From the NCBI GenBank assembly GCA_965657355.1, contig CBFHOE010000015.1, forward strand, positions 1-11,058: a stretch of DNA of 11,058 nucleotides, read 5' to 3'. Made by a program: the position numbers and the translations under genes. Shown here in pieces: positions 1 to 11,058 of the stretch. Position 1 is the first letter of the stretch; each line of letters starts with the position of its first letter. Source of the stretch: Limisphaerales bacterium (lineage in GTDB: Bacteria; Verrucomicrobiota; Verrucomicrobiia; Limisphaerales; JAJOIW01). The notes beneath the pieces were generated by a model. It saw only the letters and a list, made by a program, of their open reading frames with translations. It was not told where the DNA came from and did not search any database.

Positions 1-285
1 CTGCAAAGCAGGGGGAAGGATCTGATATAAGCAAGGAAGGCCTGCGGGATCCTTTTTAGAACAGAGGACCTTTGCCGGCTTGTGAAAGACAAAGTATTGT
101 TTGAGTCTGGGACGAAGTGTCTGTCCCTCTAGAGAGACGGAGTCAATGTTGGGATCAACGGAGTCACCAATCTGAGCCACTTTGGATTGATTGATAAGGA
201 CTTTTCCTTGGGCAATCAATATTTCGGCGGCGCGACGCGAGCAAATACCGGACTGGGCAATATATTTCTGTAGCCTCAGCCGCAT
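1..285 (-). CDS. rRNA pseudouridine synthase, RsuA/RluB family; N-terminal 95 aa, runs off the left edge
   Basis: Not in the ORF track. Manual translation from ATG at 285: MRLRLQKYIAQSGICSRRAAEILIAQGKVLINQSKVAQIGDSVDPNIDSVSLEGQTLRPRLKQYFVFHKPAKVLCSKKDPAGLPCLYQILPPALQ. RLQKYIA-SG-CSRR-AE is the S4 domain and F-HKP--V-CS--DP begins the catalytic domain. The catalytic GRLD motif is outside the window, so the paralog cannot be assigned. Confidence 0.93.
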   Translation of the reverse strand, partial: MRLRLQKYIAQSGICSRRAAEILIAQGKVLINQSKVAQIGDSVDPNIDSVSLEGQTLRPRLKQYFVFHKPAKVLCSKKDPAGLPCLYQILPPALQ

Positions 286-298
286 TTCTCAGAATGTG

Positions 299-454
299 TT
301 AAGCATCTGGTTTGGTCTTTTGAAGACCAATGACACGATCACCTTCCTTCCAAAGACCGCGTTTTTTGAGTAACTCAACTCTTTCAAATCGTTTGAGCAC
401 GCTGCGTTTGGCTGCCATTCCGCTGGGACCTCTTAAACTAGGATGTTGTGACAT
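299..454 (-). CDS. PVC-superphylum small basic protein (TIGR04137-like signature protein), 51 aa
   Basis: Below the ORF track cutoff. ATG at 454 to TAA at 299-301: MSQHPSLRGPSGMAAKRSVLKRFERVELLKKRGLWKEGDRVIGLQKTKPDA. K/R-rich, with the KRxVLKRFER...LxKxGxW...GLxKT pattern I recognise from the Chlamydiae/Verrucomicrobia/Planctomycetes family. Confidence 0.9.
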   Translation of the reverse strand: MSQHPSLRGPSGMAAKRSVLKRFERVELLKKRGLWKEGDRVIGLQKTKPDA

Positions 455-475
455 AATATTGACTTAGTTTGGATT

Positions 476-506
476 AAAAAAAAGCCGAACCCTCGAGTTC
501 GGCTTT
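476..506 (-). terminator. Intrinsic terminator of the rRNA operon
   Basis: Perfect inverted repeat AAAGCCGAAC (481-490) / GTTCGGCTTT (497-506) with a 6-nt loop. On the minus strand it ends in a U8 tract (A476-483), about 10 nt after the 5S 3' end. Confidence 0.88.
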
Positions 507-515
507 AGAAATAAA

Positions 516-630
516 TTTGGCGGCAACCTACTCTCACACAGGCTCTACCTGCACTACCATCGGCAATGCTGCGTTTGACGTCCGAGTTCGGGATGGGATC
601 GGGTCGGACCACAGCTTTATGGCCACCAAA
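516..630 (-). rRNA. rrf: 5S ribosomal RNA
   Basis: Minus strand contains CCCGATCCCATCCCGAACTCGGACGTCAAAC...GCCGATGGTAGTG...GTGTGAGAGTAGGTTGCCGCC. The ends pair (TTTGGTGGC/GCCGCCAAA). About 115 nt; ends +/-2. Confidence 0.97.
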
Positions 631-727
631 AAAACCGTTGAGAATCATATTCTCTGAAAACTACATATAGGAAAAACCAAGACCTACATTCGCTTTGAAA
701 ATCGCTTTACCACCGAAGTGGAAAAAA

Positions 728-3552
<2,825 letters not shown>

Positions 3553-3642
3553 CAAAGTTAGCATTTGTATAAAATACAAATGAATTCAAACGAGATATTC
3601 TTCTTAGTTGTAATTTTTTTAAATTTACAGTCAGAATTCAGA

Positions 3643-3654
3643 TTTCAAAGAACA
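3643..3654 (-). promoter_or_regulatory. Spacer boxA antitermination element
   Basis: Minus strand TGTTCTTTGAAA, similar to consensus TGCTCTTTAACA, between tRNA-Ile and 23S and directly after a long hairpin. Confidence 0.75.
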
Positions 3655-3656
3655 AT

Positions 3657-3714
3657 CCCCAGGAAATTAGACGAGGTCATTTGAAAATGAACATCATTTT
3701 CGACCTGCCTGGGG
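3657..3714 (-). other. boxB-like long ITS hairpin
   Basis: Nested inverted repeats CCCCAGG/CCTGGGG, AGGTC/GACCT and GAAAATGA/TCATTTTC immediately 5' of boxA on the transcript. Confidence 0.65.
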
Positions 3715-3726
3715 TGAAAAATTATA

Positions 3727-3803
<77 letters not shown>

Positions 3804-3807
3804 GACA

Positions 3808-3883
<76 letters not shown>

Positions 3884-3938
3884 GTTTTATGGTTTAGAAT
3901 AAAAACCATTAAATATTATTGTCAAAAAAGAGCTCAAT

Positions 3939-3973
3939 GCTCATTGACTATTGAATTGTGCGCATCGAAAGCC
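3939..3973. repeat. 16S processing stem, 3' arm (inverted repeat with 5664-5699)
   Basis: Plus strand GCTCATTGACTATTGAATTGTGCGCATCGAAAGCC nearly equals the reverse complement of 5664-5699 (GCTCATTGAAAATTGAATTGTGCGTAATCGAGAGCC). This fits an RNase III stem flanking 16S. Confidence 0.85.
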
Positions 3974-4032
3974 ATCACTTCTGTGAAGAAGTGTCGACCT
4001 TGCAGAGATATCGCGAACGATATTCTACAATA

Positions 4033-5592
<1,560 letters not shown>

Positions 5593-5663
5593 AAGTATAA
5601 GCTTGATTAAATATTTGCTAAGTTAAACTCAAATTGGTCTCTGCTTATTGAGACCTTTTTGAG

Positions 5664-5699
5664 GGCTCTCGATTACGCACAATTCAATTTTCAATGAGC
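5664..5699 (-). promoter_or_regulatory. rrn leader: boxA-like element plus 5' arm of the 16S processing stem
   Basis: Minus strand GCTCATTGAAAA (5699-5688) resembles boxA. The whole segment is complementary to 3939-3973. Confidence 0.72.
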
Positions 5700-5723
5700 T
5701 CTCCCGAATAAAATAGAGACAAC

Positions 5724-6467
5724 TTATTGTGTCTCTTTCGGACCATCGCCTTTTTGCGAAGGGACAAGCAATCTACCAAATTCGGAAAACACTGCAAGGG
5801 GTTTTTTAATTTTTTTTTCCAGAAAGTCGTCAACATCCGGAATTTGTGTCAAAAACGGCAAAAAACCAATGGTTTTAGAGGGTAAAAGGTCAGAAATTAT
5901 TTTATGATTGAGAGATTTTTTTGAAATTTTGGGCTCAATTTCAGACATGCAAACGAAAATTTCGTTATCTCGGAATGTTTTTTGAAGGTATTTGATGGAA
6001 AGCACGGTGTGATTAAGGCACCCGAGCTTGTCAGGAACGGTTAATACCACTTGATGTGCCACCTCATTGATAATGTCTCCGAGTAAGAACCCAGGACCGA
6101 TGGGAGTCGCGATTCCCCCGGCTCCCTCAACTAAAAGCACATCGGTTTCCTCAGATTGCGAGAGAATAAAGTCCTTTACCTCGCTCAACACGGGAAAAGG
6201 TTTTTTCTCCTTTAAGCAGCAAGCATAAGGACTGAGTGGTTCCCTGAAATACCATGGATTTAATTTGTCTGGAGAGTCTGAGCCATATTCTCTATTTGCT
6301 TGTAATAAAGACATGACATCATCACGTGGGCCTGAACAAAAAGGTTTGATGGCTTTAACGCAGAGGCCACAGCTCCTTAGGTAGCGGACTAACGTGCAAG
6401 TTAGCCAAGTTTTGCCAACCTCTGTATCCGTGCCAGTTACAAATATTATTTTAGGCAGTTTTACCAT
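5724..6467 (-). CDS. bioD: Dethiobiotin synthase
   Basis: P-loop IFVTGTDTEVGKT, a KP motif, PLSP, LLVEGAGG and LGCLNHT are all BioD hallmarks; 247 aa. Confidence 0.95.
   Translation of the reverse strand: MVKLPKIIFVTGTDTEVGKTWLTCTLVRYLRSCGLCVKAIKPFCSGPRDDVMSLLQANREYGSDSPDKLNPWYFREPLSPYACCLKEKKPFPVLSEVKDFILSQSEETDVLLVEGAGGIATPIGPGFLLGDIINEVAHQVVLTVPDKLGCLNHTVLSIKYLQKTFRDNEIFVCMSEIEPKISKKSLNHKIISDLLPSKTIGFLPFLTQIPDVDDFLEKKIKKPLAVFSEFGRLLVPSQKGDGPKETQ
5770..5818 (-). promoter_or_regulatory. Sigma70 rrn promoter with UP element
   Basis: Minus strand: A-tracts AAAAAAAAATTAAAAAA (5818-5802), -35 TTGCAG (5797-5792), 16-bp spacer ending in TGG (extended -10), -10 TAGATT (5775-5770). It lies about 180 nt upstream of 16S and upstream of the leader boxA. 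Confidence 0.75.
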
Positions 6468-6612
6468 TGATTCTTGCTTTAAAATATTTAAGCCGAATTC
6501 GAATATTGCTAGTTATTTAACTGTTCCCTATAGATTAAAAGTGTTCCCCTCAAATAGATAAACCCAAGGTTTCTATTGCAGGGATATAAAAAAACATAGT
6601 GCAAATACACAT

Positions 6613-7047
6613 ATGAAACATATACCACAAATTAGCTCAGGTACAAAAGGGCCGCTCGGAGTTTTCCACCTCCCTCGTTTATGGCAAAAATTAACATTGG
6701 GAGCCAAAGGAGTTCTAGCCGAAGGTTACGATGAATGTGGACAAGGATATGATCAAATGGTTCTTGATGGTATCGGGATAGACAGGGATGCCATCATGGC
6801 TTTTGTCAAAGATAGCAACCCTACGTATCCTCAACTTGAAGCCTGGATCCTTCAGCAAAAAGGCGGAGCAATTGATACGACTGCGATCGAAAGCCTTAAT
6901 GCCGCAATTGCCGGATATAACCATTCAGACGATGTTCGCAAAACAATTCTTGCTGACAGCGGAATTGAAGATGATGGCACGATCCTTGATGCTATCAACC
7001 TAAACAACCTGGACGATTGGTACGAATTCCATAAATCTCTTGGTTGA
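6613..7047 (+). CDS. Conserved hypothetical protein, DUF5069-like, 144 aa
   Basis: Clean ORF with an AT-rich leader and a downstream terminator. The LG--HLPRLWQK...L--GY...G-D--VLD-IGID...FV pattern and the C-terminal D--NLDD resemble DUF5069 as I recall it. The family call is unverified. Confidence 0.65.
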   Translation: MKHIPQISSGTKGPLGVFHLPRLWQKLTLGAKGVLAEGYDECGQGYDQMVLDGIGIDRDAIMAFVKDSNPTYPQLEAWILQQKGGAIDTTAIESLNAAIAGYNHSDDVRKTILADSGIEDDGTILDAINLNNLDDWYEFHKSLG

Positions 7048-7072
7048 TTATCAATTTATAGAAAAATAACAA

Positions 7073-7119
7073 AGGGGGCGGAACAAATATCAAACCGCCC
7101 CCTGTTTTATTTATTTTTT
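7073..7119 (+). terminator. Intrinsic terminator, possibly bidirectional
   Basis: Stem AGGGGGCGG (7073-7081) / CCGCCCCCT (7095-7103) with a 13-nt loop, followed by GTTTTATTTATTTTTT and preceded by A-rich sequence. It lies between convergent genes. Confidence 0.75.
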
Positions 7120-7187
7120 AGAAAATAACTTTACTGAGTCTTTAAATAATACAAGCAGTCTGAAAGAAGAGTTGGACAACCATTTTT

Positions 7188-7358
7188 TTAGACTGAGTTT
7201 CGTTTATCTTCGACATCTTTATCATTCTGTTGTTTGAGCTCGGCAAACATGGTTTTAAGGTCCAACCAACCACCGATAATGACCCACACCGACATAATGG
7301 CGAATGCAACACAACAAACAACTAAACTTATGGTCCAAATATTAACCCAAATATCCAT
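7188..7358 (-). CDS. Small membrane protein, 56 aa; putative symporter accessory subunit
   Basis: Below the ORF track cutoff. ATG at 7358 to TAA at 7188-7190: MDIWVNIWTISLVVCCVAFAIMSVWVIIGGWLDLKTMFAELKQQNDKDVEDKRNSV. One hydrophobic span and a charged tail. It starts 34 nt after the symporter stop, behind an AT-rich spacer. Confidence 0.8.
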   Translation of the reverse strand: MDIWVNIWTISLVVCCVAFAIMSVWVIIGGWLDLKTMFAELKQQNDKDVEDKRNSV

Positions 7359-7392
7359 TTTTTTGTGTAAATTAAATTAAATTTTCAAGAGA

Positions 7393-8994
7393 CTAGGACT
7401 CGCTGACTTCGTGTCGTTTTTGATCGGGAAATAACAGTGATCCAATCACGAATAAAACAGAGGATGCCACAATAACGATCAAGCCAAGCATAGATGAGCT
7501 GATAATAGAATCACCCTCAGCATTGACCATTCCAATAAATTCTTTGACGGGCCCTAGCCCAAGAACGGCAAAAAAGCCAGCAATTAGAGAAAACCGTGCT
7601 CCCATCGCACTTCCCTTTTTCCAATAGAGGCCACCCCAAAGCAGAGCAAAAGCGCCAGAAAAATAAACAGCTCCTGTTATGGCCATGTAATCCCAGATAT
7701 CATCTGAGCCTTTGTAGAAAAGCCCCCAAAGCCAGACATAAACCCCAAGGCAAACAATTGTGAGACGGGTGATTAATATCCTGGATTTCTGAGACAAATG
7801 ACCTTTCAGGGGGGCTATGATGTCTTGCGTAATTACAGAGGACCAGCATAGCAAATAAGAATCATGAGTAGACATGAAAGCTGCAATCATGGCCGCCGAA
7901 ACCAAGCCCAAAATACCTACGGGGAGGATACGACCTAAAAAGACGGGCATCGCAAATAAATTATCCGAGGCTGTAACTCCACCACCTGGATCTGGATAAA
8001 AGGCCTCTTTTAAATCAGGGGCTTGAACAACAATAAATACATACGCACAAATCCCCCAAAAGATTGGGATCATCTGCCGGATTGTGAATGGAATAGCAGA
8101 CCACATAAATTGCTTTTTGACAGCATTTGTGGATTTCATCATTAAAGCTCGAGCGATGGCAGTTGGCCAGATGGCGCAGTTAACCAACCCAAGGAAAACC
8201 ATCCAGGTGATATAGTCCCAACCGAATTCGCTGCTTTTGAAAGGGTCGAAGCCATTTTCGCCCTGAGAATTTTTGATGGTCGTCACAATGGTTTCCCATC
8301 CCAAATGGTTTACACAAAGCCATGTCGTCAACAGCACCCCGAATGAGAGAACAACGAATTGAATATAATCCGTTATCACAACTGAAACCATCCCTCCTAA
8401 AACGGTGTAGAAAAGCACCAAACAAATTAAGACAGTCATGGTGATCATCAGAGCATTACTTTCGTTACTCATCCCAGTAATACCGACAATAAACATGGAG
8501 CCCACCTTAAGGAATAACCCCATGTTAAGGACACCGCCAAGAACCAACAAAGTTCCGCCGAGAATACGCACATCTTTACTAAAACGCTTTTCATAGAATT
8601 CAGGAATGGTAAGTACTTCCATGGATCGCAATTTTGCTACGATAAAACCAGTGGCTCCGACAAAGAAGGCAACCAGTCCTGCGAGAATGGCTATGTGGAA
8701 AGCTGCAAAATAACCTGTAAAGCCCTTTTGTGCTGAATACATAACAGTGATGAGACCCATCTCGGTTCCCGCCATGCTGGCGACACCCAAACGGGTTCCT
8801 ATTGACCTCCCTGCACCTATAAAATCGGTCATGTTGCCGACGTAAGACCGACCGATCCAGCCGATAACGATAGAGCCGAGAAGATAGATAACGACAATAC
8901 CCCAGTCCAAGTTAGAAAAATTCGTTTTGGATGCGAGGTCGGATATGACTTGCAGTTGTGTATCCATTGGAAGTGTAATATGAGGTGATATCAT
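7393..8994 (-). CDS. Sodium:solute symporter (SSS/SLC5 family)
   Basis: Highly hydrophobic, about 13 TM segments by eye. Motifs LDWGIVVIYL, DFIGAGRS, TIPEFYEKRF, YTVLGGMVSVVITDYIQ, AAFMSTHDS (Na2 site region) and GLYWKK. Alternative start at 8967. Confidence 0.93.
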   Translation of the reverse strand: MISPHITLPMDTQLQVISDLASKTNFSNLDWGIVVIYLLGSIVIGWIGRSYVGNMTDFIGAGRSIGTRLGVASMAGTEMGLITVMYSAQKGFTGYFAAFHIAILAGLVAFFVGATGFIVAKLRSMEVLTIPEFYEKRFSKDVRILGGTLLVLGGVLNMGLFLKVGSMFIVGITGMSNESNALMITMTVLICLVLFYTVLGGMVSVVITDYIQFVVLSFGVLLTTWLCVNHLGWETIVTTIKNSQGENGFDPFKSSEFGWDYITWMVFLGLVNCAIWPTAIARALMMKSTNAVKKQFMWSAIPFTIRQMIPIFWGICAYVFIVVQAPDLKEAFYPDPGGGVTASDNLFAMPVFLGRILPVGILGLVSAAMIAAFMSTHDSYLLCWSSVITQDIIAPLKGHLSQKSRILITRLTIVCLGVYVWLWGLFYKGSDDIWDYMAITGAVYFSGAFALLWGGLYWKKGSAMGARFSLIAGFFAVLGLGPVKEFIGMVNAEGDSIISSSMLGLIVIVASSVLFVIGSLLFPDQKRHEVSES

Positions 8995-9072
8995 AATTAC
9001 TTTTGTATTTTTTCCAAGCTATTGATGGTCCTTTCACTTTACCAAAACGTCCATTGAAGGAATGATAAAACC

Positions 9073-9960
9073 ATGAAATTGATGAACATCCACGCCCATC
9101 AGGATGATTTCGAATTTACGGCGGCGGGTCTATTCGAAAAAACCAGGCGCCTGGACCCAAAAAATTTTGAAGGAAAGGTAACAGTTTGCACAGATGGCGC
9201 TGCTGGCCATCACCTCATGTCTAGAGAAAAAACATCAGAAGTCAGACATAAAGAGCAGCGACAGGCTTTAAAGATCGCAAACCTAATCTATGAACCTTTA
9301 AAATATCCCAATGGTTCTCAACCAAAAGAAGGTTGTATGACAGCCGGCCCTGAATTATTGGCTGCGATTTGGCACTCGATCCGGACCTTTGAACCCGGGT
9401 ATCTTTTCGCCCCCCCTCTGCCAACCGACAACCGGGTTGGCGTTCACGTAGACCATGTCGTGGTAGCAGAGGCTGTCAGAAAAGTTGCTTATCTCATCAA
9501 CGTCCCACAGGCTTACCTCGATTTTTATCCAGATGACGAACCACCGTTTAAACAGATTGAAACTCCGGTCATCATAAATGTCATGGATAGCTACATGGGC
9601 TTGAAAGACGCTTTCGACATCGTCATAGATATCTCAGACACTTTTGAACATATCGCCGAAATGAGCTGGTGCCACCAAAGCCAAATTAGTGAATGGTTAC
9701 CATGGGTTGGTCGACATCAATTCGAACCACCAACAAACTTCAATGGTTGGAAAGAATTCCTGCTTGCAAGAATGGAAGCCCGCCAAAGAAAACTAGGACT
9801 TCCAACGGATAGGCTGTACGAATTCTTCTGTATCTCCGGGTGGGGCAACATACCAACGATTTCGAAACTTACTGAAGACCTGAAGATTATTGATCTCGAA
9901 GCATCCAACCTTGAGGCACTGGAAAAGAGGCTCAAACAATGGGCAAATCAAGGCACATGA
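9073..9960 (+). CDS. PIG-L/LmbE-family zinc-dependent deacetylase
   Basis: N-terminal AHQDD (AHxDD), TDGAAG, R--E, HVDH (HxDH) and CHQSQ motifs. No obvious signal peptide. GAAGGA lies upstream; 295 aa. Confidence 0.9.
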   Translation: MKLMNIHAHQDDFEFTAAGLFEKTRRLDPKNFEGKVTVCTDGAAGHHLMSREKTSEVRHKEQRQALKIANLIYEPLKYPNGSQPKEGCMTAGPELLAAIWHSIRTFEPGYLFAPPLPTDNRVGVHVDHVVVAEAVRKVAYLINVPQAYLDFYPDDEPPFKQIETPVIINVMDSYMGLKDAFDIVIDISDTFEHIAEMSWCHQSQISEWLPWVGRHQFEPPTNFNGWKEFLLARMEARQRKLGLPTDRLYEFFCISGWGNIPTISKLTEDLKIIDLEASNLEALEKRLKQWANQGT

Positions 9961-11057
9961 ACAAGGTGCACCTCAATGTTATCTCTTTTTATTTGAGCAA
10001 TTCTTGAAAGAGCTATGGCATAAGTCTCTACCTGAAAATCATAATCAGAAGGGTTCAAATTCTTATCGGTTTTGAAATCATAAATGATTGCCTTTGAGAT
10101 CTGACTTTTTTCATTTTCTTTCATAAGAATCACACGATCCATAACCCCGGAGATCCATGATTCGTTGTGAATAAGCTCGAATGACTTTTCGCGCCAACAA
10201 ATAGATTCTCCTTCATTAGGTTTATAAAAAACCTTTCTAAAATTTTGATTATCCGATAGGCCGAGTATTTTTTTGGCGCACCCGTCAAAGTCTTCAAGGT
10301 GAATCAGTCCTTCATTCTTCCATATTTCGTTCAAAGATTTTTCCCAATCATTGTCGGGTGATATCCATTCGACGCATTCGAGTAATTTATGAACAAGGAC
10401 GCCGATTTTTCGTGATCGTAAGCTAGATTTAGAAAAAAGGTTTCGGCAAGAAATAATTCCAGCACCAGAAGCGCGTTCTTTGGCAATTCGTCTTTGGGAA
10501 ACGACAAAATTCTGATTATTTGAAATAAAATCAAACTCACATTGGGCGCGGCCTTTCGCTTTTCCGGTTTCGTGAGATTTTTCAAGCTCCGAAGGGGTAA
10601 CGCACTTAGGAAAATCACCAGATTCATAAAGCACATCACAACCAGAGGGCAACCAACCCATATCTCGATTTAATGATTCAGGCTTTTGCTTTGAATTGTG
10701 AATTCCGGATTGAACCAACCCACCCCATGTCGCAGACCCTTCTTTAGCATTTGTCAATATATACAAACCTTCCTTAGCTCTGGTGCAGGCGACGTAAAAC
10801 AGACAAAGCGATTCAAAAATTTCTCTTTGATTTCTCTTTTCAGCAACGTTCCTGATTTTTTTATTGAGGTAAGAAATATTTTTAGCCGGAACTTGAGAGA
10901 TCCAATTAATGTCTCCTCCGTCAGACCGTTCCACAAGCATGCCGTCCCCTTTGTTTGAAGCGAACGGCACATTAACCTGTGGCAACAAGACCACATCAAA
11001 ACCCAATCCTTTTGATTTATGCATAGTCATGACCTGAATTTCGTTGTTTGCCCCTGC
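9948..11057 (-). CDS. AddA/RecB-like UvrD helicase-nuclease, C-terminal part; continues beyond the right edge
   Basis: The frame is open to the window edge (AGANNEIQV precedes the tracked M). Helicase motifs V (MTMHKSKGLGFDVV) and VI (LFYVACTRAK), then G-LVH-LLE and RecB-type nuclease motifs SGVMDRV, IYDFKT and QVETY. Confidence 0.9.
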   Translation of the reverse strand, partial: AGANNEIQVMTMHKSKGLGFDVVLLPQVNVPFASNKGDGMLVERSDGGDINWISQVPAKNISYLNKKIRNVAEKRNQREIFESLCLFYVACTRAKEGLYILTNAKEGSATWGGLVQSGIHNSKQKPESLNRDMGWLPSGCDVLYESGDFPKCVTPSELEKSHETGKAKGRAQCEFDFISNNQNFVVSQRRIAKERASGAGIISCRNLFSKSSLRSRKIGVLVHKLLECVEWISPDNDWEKSLNEIWKNEGLIHLEDFDGCAKKILGLSDNQNFRKVFYKPNEGESICWREKSFELIHNESWISGVMDRVILMKENEKSQISKAIIYDFKTDKNLNPSDYDFQVETYAIALSRIAQIKRDNIEVHLVHVP

Positions 11058-11058
11058 C

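Noticed and set aside
191..373. 60-aa plus-strand ORF
   Set aside because: Antisense to two recognisable genes (pseudouridine synthase and small basic protein).
6522..6555. Possible verrucomicrobial LexA box (TGTTC-N4-GAACA)
   Set aside because: Only TGTTC half-sites are present; there is no GAACA partner at the right spacing.
6555..6600. Purine riboswitch suggested by GGTTTCTA
   Set aside because: The P1/P2/P3 architecture and kissing-loop sequences are absent.
6715..10999. Short nested or antisense ORFs (6715-6924, 6788-7003, 8180-8425, 9242-9424, 9717-9935, 9890-10075, 10331-10639, 10698-10958, 10754-10999)
   Set aside because: They lie within longer, better-supported genes and show no motifs or independent signals.
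11028..11030. ATG at 11030 as the start of a 360-aa protein
   Set aside because: It is an internal Met of helicase motif V; the frame stays open to the window edge.

Overview
An 11 kb window of a bacterial chromosome, very likely Verrucomicrobiota; the 16S V4 start matches what I recall for subdivision 3 (Pedosphaerales/Limisphaerales). About half is one complete minus-strand rRNA operon: promoter - 16S - tRNA-Ala(TGC) - tRNA-Ile(GAT) - 23S - 5S - terminator. Directly downstream are two genes absent from the ORF track: the 51-aa PVC-superphylum small basic protein and an RsuA/RluB-type pseudouridine synthase that runs off the left edge. Upstream is an orphan bioD whose last ~30 codons contain the predicted rrn promoter. 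Further right are a DUF5069-like gene, an unannotated 56-aa membrane protein, a sodium:solute symporter, a divergent PIG-L/LmbE deacetylase and the 3' end of an AddA/UvrD helicase-nuclease. I saw no mobile elements, CRISPR arrays or rRNA introns. Best leads: (i) an uncharacterised symporter + microprotein + deacetylase uptake module, (ii) possible rrn read-through into the small basic protein and pseudouridine synthase, (iii) the rrn promoter inside bioD, (iv) a 16S helix 14 variant that mismatches EUB338 probes and 341F, (v) a 23S lacking H98. All calls are by eye; no searches were run.
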